DNA of 64,000 nucleotides from the human T2T-CHM13v2.0 reference genome, Homo sapiens: NCBI GenBank assembly GCA_009914755.4, contig CP086569.2, positions 13,216,001 to 13,280,000 of the forward strand, read 5' to 3'. Shown piece by piece: positions 1 to 12,890 of this stretch (position 1 is its first letter; each line of letters starts with the position of its first letter). The notes under the pieces were generated by a model. It saw only the letters and a program-made list of their open reading frames with translations, ran no database searches and was not told where the DNA came from. The position numbers and the translations under genes were made by a program.

Positions 1-122
1 GATGATAGACAGATCAGGGCAGATGGTTTGAGTAAGACTCCTACTTCAGCTACCTCATGTTTCTTATACATTCATTGACACCTCTTATTTTGTCAGCATT
101 TTATTTTTATTTTTAATTGACA

Positions 123-127
<5 letters not shown>

Positions 128-160
<33 letters not shown>
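128..160. repeat. (AT)n dinucleotide microsatellite
   Basis: uninterrupted atatat run read directly. Confidence 0.95.
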
Positions 161-162
<2 letters not shown>

Positions 163-965
163 TGTAACATGGAATGCTTTGATATATGTTCGCAATGTGA
201 AATGATTACATTAGGCAAGTTAATAAATCTATCCCCTCCCAGGAGCAATAAGTTTAGTGATCTATTGCATGGAATGATGACCATAATAAGTAATAATGCA
301 TGGTATATTTTAATGACCACTTCTTCCTAATCTAAGTTCTGGGTTAAGAAAATTCAACCTCAGTCTTTCTTGTAATAAAATAAAATTACTGTCATCTTAA
401 AGTGCTCGTTCCAGCCTCTTCTGAGTGTTTTAGCATATTTATCTATTTAATCTTTGCAGCAACTCTATGAAGCATTTGCTATTGTAGTCATTTTAAAGTT
501 GAGACACTGCATACAAAGAAGTTAAGTGACACTTATTTTTCCCTAGCCAACAAATAGAACGAACTTGAAAAGCAGACATTCAGTTTTAGAGTCTGCATGT
601 TTCACCATCAGTTTTTATTTCTCTAAAAATGCTGAATTGTGGAGGACAGATTGGGTACTTTGACTCTCTAAAATGGACATGTTTTGTTGGTACATATGTA
701 CCCTCATATCCCCTGGATTAACATAAAACAAACCGAGTCTTTTCCTTATGGCCATTTCCTCCTAATGGCTGAAGAAAACATCAATGACAAGTCTCTAGCA
801 AGAACACCTGCGCCACGCTTGAATGATGAAACGAGTAGTTGAGAAATGTTTGTCTAGCGCCTCCTAGTGGCACATTAGTGAAGTGGGGGCATAATTTATT
901 GGTTCATTCAGGTCAAAGTCTGCAGTGTCCCTACAATGTAAAGAGGGATAAGAAATAGCAGAATC

Positions 966-1259
<294 letters not shown>

Positions 1260-1295
1260 GCAGGGGGTTGGGGGGAGAAAAGAAATAGCAAAATC

Positions 1296-1565
1296 GGGCT
1301 GGGCACTGCGGCTCTACTCCTGTAATCCCAGCACTTTGGGAGGTCGAGTCGGCGGATCATGTGACATCAGAAGTTCTAGACCAGCCTGGCCAACATGGTG
1401 AAACCCTGTCTCTACTAAAAATACAAAAATTAGCCAGGCATGGTAGTGTGTGTGCCTGTTATCCCAGCTACTGTGGTGGCTGAGGCAGCAGAATCGCTTG
1501 AATCCGGGAGACAGAGGTTGCAGTGAGCCGAGAATGCACCACTGCAGAATCGAATAAAGAAAAAA
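1296..1565 (+). mobile_element. Alu SINE
   Basis: canonical Alu left and right monomers with A-rich linker and A-rich tail. Confidence 0.9.
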
Positions 1566-1607
1566 TGATGGATTTGGGATGATGTAGGGATTTGTTAGCT
1601 GCATGCT

Positions 1608-1656
1608 GTCTCTCTGTCTCTTTCTCTCTCTCTCTCTCTCCACACACACACACAAT
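1608..1656. repeat. (CT)n(CA)n compound microsatellite
   Basis: ctctctct...cacacaca read directly. Confidence 0.9.
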
Positions 1657-1949
1657 TTGAGAACAGCATTAAACACAAGTAATCCAGGGGAGCTCTGAGT
1701 GAAATAAGTAAACTTCAAACTTCAAAAATTGCAAAAGATGTTGTTATTGCATTTGCTTGTTAGGTTGTTTTTTAGAGTTTTGTTTTGTTTTTAAGACAGG
1801 GTCTCCCACTGCACTCCAGCCTGGGTGACAGAGCAAGATTCCATCTCAAAAGAAAAAATTAAGTATGGTAAAATAACACATAACCAAATTTGCCATTTTA
1901 AATCATGTTTAAGTGCACATATTAGTGATACTAAGAACATTCATCGTTG

Positions 1950-2232
1950 CTGGCACGGTGGCTCCTGCCTGTAATCCCAGCACTTTGGGAGGCTGATGTG
2001 GGTGGATCATTTGATGTCAGGAGTTCGAGACCAGTCTTGCCAACATGGTGAACTCCTGCCTGTACTAAAAATACAAAAATTAGCTGGGTGTAGTGCTGTG
2101 TGCCTGTAATCCCAGCTACTCAGGAGGCTGAGACAGGAGAATCACTTGAACACAGGAGGCAGAGGTTGTCGTGAGCTGAGATGACACCACTGCACTCCAG
2201 CCTGGTTGACGGAGTAAGACTCTATCTCAAAA
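1950..2232 (+). mobile_element. Alu SINE
   Basis: ggcacggtggctcctgcctgtaatcccagcactttgggaggc ... ctccagcctggttgacggagtaagactctatctcaaaa. Confidence 0.9.
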
Positions 2233-2267
2233 TATAAAGTATAATAAAATAAAGAACATTCATTGTT

Positions 2268-2345
2268 GGCCACACGTGGTGGCTCACACCTGTAATCCCA
2301 GCAGTTTGGGAGGCCGAGGCAGGAGAATTTCTTGAGCCCAGGAAT
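2268..2345 (+). mobile_element. Alu fragment (left monomer)
   Basis: ggccacacgtggtggctcacacctgtaatcccagcagtttgggaggccgaggcaggag. Confidence 0.8.
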
Positions 2346-2399
2346 GGTGAGAACAAGAAGCAGAAGCAGACAAAGGACCAAATTGAGACTAGCTAAAAC

Positions 2400-2900
2400 A
2401 TGGAAGCAGCATTCCATAAGACATGCTCAATAGCATGCCTTGTCAGTTTACCATTGCCATGGCAACATCTGGGAGTAACTGGCCTCTTCTATGGCAATGA
2501 CCTGAGCACTCAGAAGTTACCACCCTTTTCGTAGAAATTTCTGCATAAACTGCGCATTAATCTACACGCAATTAAAAGTCGGTATAAATATTACTGCAGT
2601 AGTGCCCTGACCCCTGCTCTCTGCAGGGGTAGTCACACTACCACCTCCATAAAGCTGTCTCTTCCACCACTGGCTCACTCTTGAGTTCTTTCCTGAGGGA
2701 AGCCAAGACCTCTCCCAGGCTAAGCCCCAATTTGGGACTCACTTGCCCTGTTTCCATCTGTAGATCTTCTCTTTGTCTTTTGTAGTCTGCAGTCACACAT
2801 GCTTCAAATTTTGGATTTATATTTGTTTATTCTGCTTAGAATTACTTCCTATGCGTATTGCCAAATGCCTTTCTTCAATTAAATAACAGTTTTAGCCATG
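2400..2900. repeat. possible solitary LTR or unclassified interspersed repeat
   Basis: non-Alu, non-coding block immediately upstream of provirus 1. No similarity to the LTRs of either provirus. Family not recognised. Confidence 0.2.
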
Positions 2901-3156
2901 TTTCTTTATTTTTTTCTTAAATGTTGACTCTTCACCATTTTTTCTTATTTTATGTTTAAGGAATGACAATTAAACTGCAATTGATGATGCTTACAACAAC
3001 ATTTGTAATAATATTTATTGACTGCTTATTCTACACAAGGCAATTTCACATTAATTAATGCATGTAATCCTCATAGCTTCTCTGTAAAGTAGACACTGGT
3101 TTTCCTCATTTTACACATGAAGAAACCAAATCACAGGAACATCTCCATGATGATAT

Positions 3157-3645
3157 TGGAACAGGAATTAAAAGAAATTAAAGAGTGTGTAAGCAAAAAC
3201 TCAGTTGTTTGTAGGAAAACCCAATTTCCCCTGAGGAAGAGAAAGAGCTGGAGTCCTTTAAAATTAACTGGCTGTTTTTCTGTCTGTGGCTAGTGAGCCT
3301 TCTCTCTCCCTTTCCAGGCATTGTGAAGATGCTGCTTCTCTAGCTGAGCAGCTGCAAAGTCACTGGATGGATAATCTCAAGTCATAAAACATGTTGTTTC
3401 TTGAAAAGTAAGAAATTATGTAATGCATGTCTTAATTGAGTAACTGTCTTTGTTTCTCACTTCTGTAATATGCTTCCCCCTGCACAGATCTCCCCCTGCC
3501 CCCAGAAAATGCTTAAAAGGAGCTTGAATCTTTGTTTGAGGCTCAGTCCTTTGGATGTTAATCTCACTGGGTCGGTGCACCTAAATAATTAAATAACTCC
3601 TCCTCAACCCCTCAGTCTCTCCGATTCCTTAATTATCCCACTGCA
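3157..3645 (+). repeat. 5' LTR of provirus 1
   Basis: aligns with 12407-12890. Ends in ..ctgCA, followed 4 nt later by the PBS. Exact 5' boundary uncertain within about 10 bp. Confidence 0.75.
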
Positions 3646-3649
3646 TTTC

Positions 3650-3667
3650 TGGTGGCCCAGATGGGGG
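3650..3667 (+). promoter_or_regulatory. primer binding site, TGGTGGCCCAGATGGGGG (first 9 nt match tRNA-Ile-type PBS)
   Basis: TGG-initiated 18-mer 4 nt after the LTR terminal CA. Family assignment from PBS is tentative. Confidence 0.5.
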
Positions 3668-4626
3668 TTGGAGATGAAAGATTTACTGTCTCCTTTTCCT
3701 GTGGGACTAGAGCCCCAGGGCCTGGAAGACCCAGCATCTAAGGTGTGCCACGGGGGAGCTTCACCCAGATGGAAACCACCTTTCCTGGCATTCTAGCGCC
3801 CTGCCCAGCAGTGCAACAGGACCGGGGATGGAGCTGCAGGACAATACCAGCACTTCAGGAACCGCGGTAAGGAGTAAGAGCTCAAGGCGGGAAAGCCCAT
3901 CCTATCCCATAGGGACAAAGAGGAGCTTGATCACCTCCTGGGGACCGATCACAAATCCAACCAAGAGTGGCTGGGGGTAGCAGGAGTGGCCTGCCAATTT
4001 GGATGAACCTCATGTCCCCCTAACAAGTAAAGTATTTCACTGGTGGAGAAAATGGGCCGATAGAGCGGCGAGTAAGAACTTGGAGCTTCCTTCCTTGCAG
4101 GAAGCTTCCTTCCTTGCAGGTAGCTTCCTTCCTTGCAGGAAGACCTTGCTGGCAGGGTGGCAAGAGTGATTTGCCACCCCAAGTGGGAGTGCATGGGTGT
4201 ATGTGGACCTACCCAGGACATGAGAGATGCTCTTTTCGTCCAATGAGGAGTCCTGGGGTAGGCATGATGTCTGTATGTGTATGAATGTGGGAGCCTAACC
4301 AGGCTCACCTGGGACACGGGAGAGGCCTGTTTTGCCCGATGAGGAGTCCTGGGGCAGGAAAGGTGTGTGAAAGAGATGGTCTCCATAGAGGCCAATGTGG
4401 GGAGTAACGTGGGGAGGCACAGATCCCTTGGCATGGGCTATGTGCTCCGAGGCAAGTGCAGGGGAAACCAGACCTAGGACATTTTATGTGGCTGACAGGA
4501 CCAGCTCCATGGCTGCGGTAGGCTGTGAGAGTGGAAGGCACATTCCTGGCTAAGCAGCGTCCAAAACTCCTGTAATAGCACCCAGTCTGGTGAACCTGAG
4601 AGTGAAAGTGCATTACAAAGGAGGAA

Positions 4627-6300
4627 ATGGGAGGAAAAGCGTCGAAACTGACTCCTTTTGAGTGCATGATAAAGAGTTTTAAAACAGGATTTACAGGTGA
4701 TTATGGGATGAAACTGGATGCTCAAAAGTTAAGGACATACTGTGAGATAAATTGGCCTGCTTTTAATGTGGGGTGGCCCTCTGAAGGTACAATAGAAAGG
4801 GAATTAATTGGCAGTGTGTTTAAGGTGGCCACTGGAGTTGGAGGACAATCAGGATATCCAGACCAGAGTCCCTAAATAGACTCTTGGCTCAGTGTGGCAC
4901 AAACTTGCCCCAAGTGGCTACAGCCCTGCCTAGAAGGATAGTGCAAGGTATTAATGGCTCAGGCAGCCCAACCAAAGGAAGCAGAGGAACCTAAAGCCCC
5001 TAGAGTCTCTCAAGAAAAGGAGTCCCTGAAGCCTCAGCTGAAACTACTTCTTCAGTTTCCACCTGAGGAAAGGGAATTTCCGCCCCCATATATGCCGCCA
5101 GTCTACCTGTCTTTGGCCAGTATAAGGCAGGAGGCAGAGTCAGGAGCATCCACAGAGTCAGGCTGAGAGGAAAGTGAGGCCCAGTCTCCCCCAACCCCAG
5201 AGGAACAAAAGCCTCCCTTAGAAAAAAACCAGGAAGATGGACAGAGCAAGGCAGCTGGGTGCCTCCGCTCAGGCTGACCACAGGCTTTGCAGATGCCACT
5301 TCGAGAGAACAGGACACAAGTTTATGATGACCAAGGGCAGATACAAGGAGGCTCTAGGCTTTATGTTTATCAGCCTTTCTCCACTACTGATCTCTTAAAT
5401 TGGAAACAGCATGCCCCCTTGTATGCAGAAAAGCCTCAGGCTGTCATTGATTTGGTGAATTCTATTATTATAACACAAAACCCAACCTGGCCAGATTGTC
5501 AACTACTTTTGCTAACTTTAATACAGAGGAGCATAGGAGAGTTAATCAGGCAGCTCTCAGCTGGTTAGAAGGGGAAGCCCCAGAGGCCACCCGTAACCCA
5601 TGCCAGTTCTCCGTGGAGCGATACCCAAATGAGGACCCTAACTGGGACCCAAATGAGGCTGGGGACATGGAACAGCTGCATTATATAGAAGGGCACTCCT
5701 GAACAGGATAAAAGCAGGAGGAAGGAAGGCATTGAATATCCATAACATATCAGAAGTGGGCCAAAAGCCTGATGAAAGCCGCAGTGCATTCTATGAAAGG
5801 CTTTGTGAGGCATAGAGGCTGTACACTCCAATTATTCCAGAGGCTCCTGAAAACCAAAATATGATAAATATGACCTTTGTCAGGCAAGCTCAGGGAGACA
5901 TAATATGAAAGCTTCAGAAGTTGGAAGGCTTTTCAGGGAAAAATATTAGTAAACTCCTGGAAATAGCAAACAAAGTATTAAAAAACTGGGAAGAAGAGGC
6001 AGAGAAAAAGGAAGAAAGAAAAACGAGAAATAGAAACAAAGAGACAGCTCAATTTCTGCTGCACTAGCAGAAAGTAACCCTGGACTTGTTAGAGGGTGAG
6101 GCCGAGGCAGAGGCCAAGGAACAGGGCAGACAAGACCCAGAGATGAAAGCCAGTCCCAGTTGGACAGGAATCAATGTGAAAGGTGCAGGCAAATGGGCCA
6201 CTGGAAAGATGAGTGCCCTGAAAAGGAAAAGGATGATGATGGTCAGTGGTCTAACACCCAAGTGCGGTGTTAGGTTGCTAGCAGTGGTACTTCCAAGGCA
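4627..6300 (+). pseudogene. gag (MA, CA, NC) of provirus 1, multiple frameshifts
   Basis: ORF 4627-4875 MGGKASK.. (myristoylation-type start). ORF 5287-5568 CA-like. CX2CX4HX4C zinc knuckle CERCRQMGHWKDEC at 6175-6219 in a shifted frame. Confidence 0.75.
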
Positions 6301-6339
6301 GATCCCGATCTGATCGGCTTGGCAGGGGCTGAGAATTTA

Positions 6340-6900
6340 GAGGACTCAGACAGACCAGGCTCCATCCTTTTAGGCCTTGTGGAGCCTATGGTCTCTATGG
6401 AAGTAGGGGGCCGATTAATGAATGGATTTTTTGGTCAATACTGGTGCTGATTTCTCTGTGGTAACTCACCCAATTAGCCCCTCCTCAAAGAACTGTGCTA
6501 CTATCATAGGGGCTAGAGAGGCCAAAGAAAAGAGACCTTTTTGCAATTCCAGGAGACACGTTATTGAGGGATAAGAAGTGCAGCATGGTTTCTATATAAG
6601 CCAAATTGCCCAGTGCCTTTGTAAGGGAGAGACTTACTCCAGAAACTGCAGGCACAAATTTCCTTTACACCTGAAGGGAATACGACACCGGAATTTGGAA
6701 AGTCTAAGGCAATGGTATTGATTCTAACTGTCCCAGAGGCTGAGGAATGGCAGCTCTCTGAACTGTGTGCCAGAAGGACCTACACAGTATGTAGGGAATG
6801 CTTTTCAAGGTTCCAGGTGTATGGGCTGAGGACAATCCTCCTGGACTTGCTGTAAACAGACACCCAGTGGTAATAGAGCTTAACACTCATGCTGCCCTGG
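6340..6900 (+). pseudogene. protease of provirus 1; catalytic DTGAD degraded to NTGAD
   Basis: FLVNTGADFSVVTHP at about 6431-6475. Confidence 0.6.
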
Positions 6901-9900
6901 TATGAGTCTGTCAATACCCCCTACCCAAAGAGGTAATTGAAGGCATAACACAACATCTAAATCGGCTCTATGAACAAGGGATTATAGTAAAATGCAAGTC
7001 CTCTTGGAATACTCCTCTGCAGCCTGTGCACAAGCCAAATGGTGAATACAGGCCAGTGCAGGACTTCTGGGTGGCAAACAAGGCCACTGTCACTATCTAT
7101 GCCATAGTACCCAACCCATACACCATGTTAGGACAGATTCCTGCTGAGGCCATGTGGTTCATGTGTCTAGACTTAAAGGATGTTTTCTTTGCTTGAGACT
7201 TGCTCCCCAAAGTCAGCCTATATTTGCCTTCCAGTGGGGGCAATTGTAATATACCTGGACAAGACTGCCACAAGGATTTAAGAATTCTCCCATTATCTTT
7301 GAGGACGCTTTGGCTACCAACCTTGAAGCTTTTGCACCATTTAGTGACAATTCTGTGGTATTACAATACATTCATGATTTGCTATTCGCTGCCCCCAGGA
7401 GGGAGGAATATCTCCAAGGAATAGAGAGGCTTCTTCACCTGCTGTGTGAAGCTGGTTACAAAGTGTCCAAGGACAAGGCAAAAGTCTGTTTTCTGGAGGT
7501 TGGATATCTAGGATTCATGGTATCCCAAAGCCTGCACAGGCTTGGAAGTGCATGCAAGGAGGCTTTATGTGCATTGCCCACCTCAGTTACAAGGCAGCAG
7601 GTCAGGGAATTTCTGGGTGCAGTGAGATTGTGCCAAATCTGGATTCCAAACTTCTCCCTTATAGCAAGGCCCTTATTTGAGGCTAGCAAAGGAAAGGAAA
7701 GAGAGCCCCTCCTATGGGAAAAAGAATAGGAAAAGGCCTTCAAGGATATAAAGGAAGCTCTCATCCAGGCCCCAGCACTAGGGTTGCCAGATGTTAAAAA
7801 ACCCTTCTTTTTGTATGTGGATGAATGAAAGGGAATGTTATTTGGAGTCTTAACTCAGTTGTTAGGCTCTTGGTATCAGCCAGTAGCATACTTTTATCCA
7901 AGAGACTGGACTTGGTGGCCTTAGGTTGGCCCATTGCCTCAGGGCACTGGCAGCTACTGCGATCCTTATAGAAGATGCCAACAAGCTAGCCCTAGGTCAG
8001 AAGATAATATTCCGGGTGCCACACACTGTAGTCACCTTAATGGGGCAAAGAGGACGTCGTTGGCTGTCCCACTCTAGAATGCTAAAGTATCAAGTGCTTC
8101 TGTGTGAGAATCTGCGGGTAACACTACAGACTAAATGCCTTGAACCCAACTACCCTGCTGCCTGTGGAGGAACCCAATTGGAAACATGGTGGGTTGCCTC
8201 AATGCTGGCAGGACCTTCCCCACTGTTGCATAAATATGGTGGATGAAGTGTTCTTGAGCTGGGAAGATCTCAGAGATACCCGCTTGGAGAGCCCAGATGT
8301 TGAATACTTCACTGATGGTAGCAGTTTCATAACAGATGGGGTGTGATATGCAGGGTATAAAGTAGTAACACAACACTCGGTAGTTGAGGCTCAAGCCTTA
8401 ACTTCTGGGACTTCCGCTCAGAGGGCTGAATTAATAGCATTAACTAGAGCACTGTTATTGGCCAAGAGGAAGAAAGTAAGTATATATACTGACTCAAGAT
8501 ATGTTTTTGCAACCCTACACGACCATGGGGCAATATAAAAAGAGAGAGGACTATTGACTACTGAAGGAAATGATATAAAAAATAAAGAAGAAATTTTGCA
8601 ATTAATAGAAGACATATGGGCTCCAGAGAAGGTGGCTGTCATTCATTGCAAAGGGCACTAAATCAGGAAAGGCTATGAGGCACAGGGCAACAGATAGGCA
8701 GACCAAGAGGCTCAGCAGGCAGCAATGAGCAAGGTTTTACCTGAAGAAAGAACTCCAGCAATGCCTCTCCTTATAGAGCCCCCTTTACTTGAGGTACCCA
8801 ATTACTCTTTAAGTGAAAAAGCTTGGTTTCATCACGAAACAGGAAACATATATTAAAGATAGTTGGTGGCTGTTCTCTGACGGGAGGCTAGCCATCCCTG
8901 AAACAATAGCCCCAAGGTTTGTGAAGCAGATCCATCAAGGAACACACATTGGAAGGACGGCCCTAGAGATTTTGATAGGTCAGCATTTCTATGTACCATG
9001 GCTGTCTGCAATCACCCATGCTGTTTGTGAACAATGTCTATCCTGTGCCTAGAATAATCCAAGACAAGAACCTACTTGATCCCCTGGAATACAGGAAGTG
9101 GGAGCTGTGCCTTGTGAGAACCTGCTTATAGACTTTACCAAGTTACCTCAAGCAGGAGGTTACTGGTATATGCTAGTGTTTGTTTGCACCTTCTTGGGAT
9201 GTGTTGAGGCCTTCCCAACCAGGAATGAAAAGGCACGAGAGGTGACAAAGGTAATATTAAAAGACATCATACCAAGATTTAGGTTGACTTTAATCCTAGG
9301 ATCAGACAATGTCCTGCATTTGTGGCAGAGTTAGTACAACAGTTGACTTAACTTTTAAAGATCAAATGGAAACAGCATACAGCCTCCTCACCACAGAGAT
9401 TAGGGAAGGTGAAACAGATGAAACAGACACTCAAACAGCTACTAAAAAAGTTTTGCCAGGAAACTCACTTACAATGGGATCAGGTCTTGCCCATGGTCCT
9501 CCTCCAGGTCAGGTGTACACCTACAAAACAAACTAGGTATTTGTCCTATGACATATTGCTCAGAAGGCCATCCCCAATCATTATCAAATTAGAGGTGATT
9601 TAAAGGAGGTAGGAGAGTTAACACTTAAGAGACAGATGCAGGCTTTAGGAGTGGCAATGAAGGAGGTGCAAAGCTAGGTAAGAGAAAGGATACCTATAAG
9701 TCTAACAGACCTAGTGCATCCACATAAGCCAGGGGACTCTGTCTGGGTTAAAAGGTGGAATCCAACAACCTGGGGACCCTTAAGGGATGGGCCCCATATT
9801 GTAATCATGTCTACTCCCACTGCTCTTAAAGTTGCAGGTGTCACACCTTGGATTCACCATAGCTGGCTGAAACCAGCAGCAGCAGTGACTCCGATGAAAC

Positions 9901-9911
9901 CAGTGGATTAG
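6900..9911 (+). pseudogene. pol (RT, RNase H, integrase) of provirus 1, frameshifted, YXDD degraded to YIHD
   Basis: LPVHKPNGEYRPVQDF (about 7018-7065). LDLKDVFF. QYIHDLLFAAP (7377-7388 = YIHD). IN zinc finger H..H..C..C in ORF 8813-9052. IN core LIDFTKLPQAGGYWYMLV. IN C-term ORF 9714-9911. Confidence 0.8.
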
Positions 9912-9989
9912 CCAACAAGACTCAGATCGCCCCACCTGAATAGTCCTACGGCAAAACCCAACCATTGGTAAGAAGGACAACTGTCCTGC

Positions 9990-12250
9990 TCCAACCACAC
10001 CAGAGGCTGGTCAGTCTACGCATGGCTGAAGCTTGAAGATCCTGCAAGCTCTGCTCTAGTCACGTCCAGGGAGCTAACTAGTGAATGCACAGCCGAAGCT
10101 AAAGGTCATCTCTGTATAAGTAAATTTGGATACAATTCATAACCCTAGTTATAATTCTGTTAATACTGATTGTTCTGTTGTTACATTACCACTGCAAATG
10201 CTGCCAATGTCTATGCCCAGAGGGAGGTTTGCCATGTCCATGTGCAGTGTAAGCATGTTTCTATTACATACACTGATGTTGTTATCATTTCTGCCTATAT
10301 TAAAAGGGGAGGAATCTCTAGAAAGATGCCCACACTGTGTACATACTACCTGGGTAAGGAATACCTTAGTTAAAACTCTACTGTACCATACCTACAGTAC
10401 AGGAACCAAGTTAGGAACCTGCGCATACAACCAGATCACCTCTTCAGTCTGTGACCCAGGAAATAATCAGCTGCATGCATGTCATGACCCTAAGCGCTTA
10501 CCCTATGAATTCTGGTTTGAGGTACACATTAACAGAAGGAGAAAAAGAAGGAGAGCTAATAGCTTGAATCAAAGAAGGCCCTCCATCCTACAAAAGATCT
10601 ACTTCTTTGTACTTTGATGCCTGTCATGCCACATATGTTTATAATCCTGTAAAACCAAAAGCAGTCTGCAATGGTTTAACACAAGACAGGATTAGCAACA
10701 GCAGCCCTAAACATCTGTACTGAGAACCACAAATTGGATGCCCAGACTGTAACATTCTGTGGTCTATGCTAACACAGCTCCAACACTTATATTCAGGAAG
10801 GACTGCTCTGCTAAGTAGTATGTCAGCCAAACCAAATTGTAAGACAAGGACATGCAGTCCTTTAAATTTTACTATCATATAGCCAGAGCTACCTTTCTGG
10901 TCTACAGGACAGACAGCAGCATTATGAGTTGATAGACAAGGAGCAGGCCTTGGAGTTCCACTACTAATTGTCAAAAAGACTAGAAGGACTCAAATGTGTC
11001 CAACCCTGCAATTCTGGGTCCATAAGTCATTCTGTAAGCATTTTGATCAGTCAGTGCCTGAGCTTCCCCTATCAACCAAAAACTTATTTGCTCAACTAGC
11101 TGAAAACATAGCTGGCAGCTTAGGAATTTCCTCATGCTATGTAAGTGAAGGAACTCATATGGGGGACCAGCGGCAATGGGAGGCAAAGGAATTAATGCCA
11201 CAACATAAATTCACTTTGCCTAATCCTGCCAGTGAACCAACAGCCTCAGCTAGTGTTTGGTTGTTAAAAACCTCCATAATTGGAAAGTACTGTATCGCCT
11301 GTTGGGGAAAGGCTTTCACAGAGGCAATGGGAAAAACAATAAGCCTAGGGCAACAGTATTATGATGAGAGTAAAAACAAAACTCTACGGAGAAACTCCCA
11401 GAACGACTCCTAGTTACCAGATCCAAATGCTTTCTCTTGATTCTCTACCCTAAGCCACTCTTGGCATCAGCTAAAGATTCCAAATGCTTGGAAAGCACCC
11501 TCTGGCCTATATTGGGTCTGTGGAGCATGGGCATATCGGCAACTGCTGGCTAAATGGACAGGGGCATGTGTGTTAGAAACAATCAAGCCATCCCTCTTTT
11601 TAATTCCTCTAAAGCAAGGGGAACTCTTAGGGTATCCAGTTTATGATGAAAATAAAAGAACTAGAAAAAGCATAATGACAAAAATAGACACAAATGTCAA
11701 AAAGGATGCAGACATAGGAGACTGGAAGGATAATGAATGGCCTCCTGAAAGAATCATTAAATAGTATGGGCCCGCTATCTGAGCGCAAGTTGGGTCATGG
11801 GAATACCGCACCCCAATCTATATGCTCAACCGCATCATAAGGTTGCAGGCAGTCCTTGAAATAATAACCAATGAAATGTCAAGGAAACTAGATTTATTGA
11901 TAACACAAGCAACACAAATGAGAAATGCTACATATCAGAATAGATTGGCTTTAGATTACCTCTTAGCCTCAGAAGGAGGAGTATGTGGAAAATTTAATTT
12001 AACCAGTTGTTGCCTAGAAATGGATGATAATGGCCAAGCTCTAATGGAAACCACAGCTAGAATGTCCAAGTTGGCCCATGTTCCAGTTCAGACTTGGTCT
12101 GGATGGTCCCTGGATTCCTTGTTTGGAGGATGGTTCTCAATGTTTGGGGGATTCAAAACCCTCATTGGTGGGTTTTTGTTTATTCTTGGCATCTGCCTCA
12201 TCCTCCCTTGCCTTTTACCCCTGTATATTAGGAGTATTTGTCAACTATAG
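9990..12250 (+). pseudogene. env of provirus 1 (SU ORF 10126-10617; TM ORF 11822-12250 with immunosuppressive-domain motif at 11936-11998)
   Basis: TM ORF contains [22 protein letters not shown] and CC motif plus C-terminal hydrophobic anchor [17 protein letters not shown]. Confidence 0.75.
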
Positions 12251-12385
12251 AGGCAGTAGTAACCCGAAACACTACCATGCTATTGACGGCATTAACCAAA
12301 TATCAGCCACTGCCAATAAAAGAAACAGCTCAGCTCCGGGAAGAGATGGCAAATAGTGGTGCTTTCTATTAACATCTTTGTTTTA

Positions 12386-12406
12386 AAAAGCACCAAATGG
12401 GGGAAA
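12386..12406 (+). promoter_or_regulatory. polypurine tract of provirus 1
   Basis: aaaaagcaccaaatgggggaaa immediately 5' of the 3' LTR. Confidence 0.5.
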
Positions 12407-12890
12407 TGGAAGAGGAATTGAAAGAAATTAAAGAACGTGTAAGCAAAAACTCAGTCGTATATAAGAAAACCCAGTTCCCCCTGAGGAAGAGAAAGAGCTG
12501 GAGTCCTTTAAAATTAACTGCCTGTTTTTCTGTGGCTAGTGAGCCTTATCTCTCCCTTTCCCAGGTATTGTGAAGACCCTGTTTCTCTAGCTGTGCAGCT
12601 GCAAGGTCACTAGGCAGATAATCTCAAGTCGTAAAACATGTTGTTTCTTGAAAAGTAAGAACTGATGTAATGCATATCTCAATTGAATAACTGTCTTTGT
12701 TTCTCTCTTCTGTAATATGCCTCACCCTGCACAGATCTCCTCCAACCCCACAAAATGCTTAAAAGGTAGCTTGACTCTGTTCACAGCTCAGTTCTTTCGG
12801 TGTTAATCTGACTGGGTCGGTGCACCTAAATAATTAAATAATTCCTCCTCAACCCCTAGGTCTCTCTGATTCCTTAATTATCCTGCTGCA
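12407..12890 (+). repeat. 3' LTR of provirus 1
   Basis: aligns with 3157-3645, ends ..ctgCA. Confidence 0.75.

Larger units (their letters stand above)
3157..12890 (+). mobile_element. Near full-length class I (gammaretrovirus-like) endogenous provirus: LTR-PBS-gag-pro-pol-env-PPT-LTR, all genes interrupted
   Basis: two about 490-bp direct repeats (3157-3645 and 12407-12890) over 90% identical by eye. Gag MA, CA and NC zinc knuckle, PR D-T/S-G-A motif, RT LPV..DLKD and YXDD region, IN HHCC and core, Env SU and TM with CKS17-type immunosuppressive domain. Confidence 0.85.

Noticed and set aside
2400-2900. Considered as the missing 5' LTR of the HML-like element
   Set aside because: No sequence similarity to the candidate 3' LTR at 18678-19625. 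No PBS or leader between it and the gag start.
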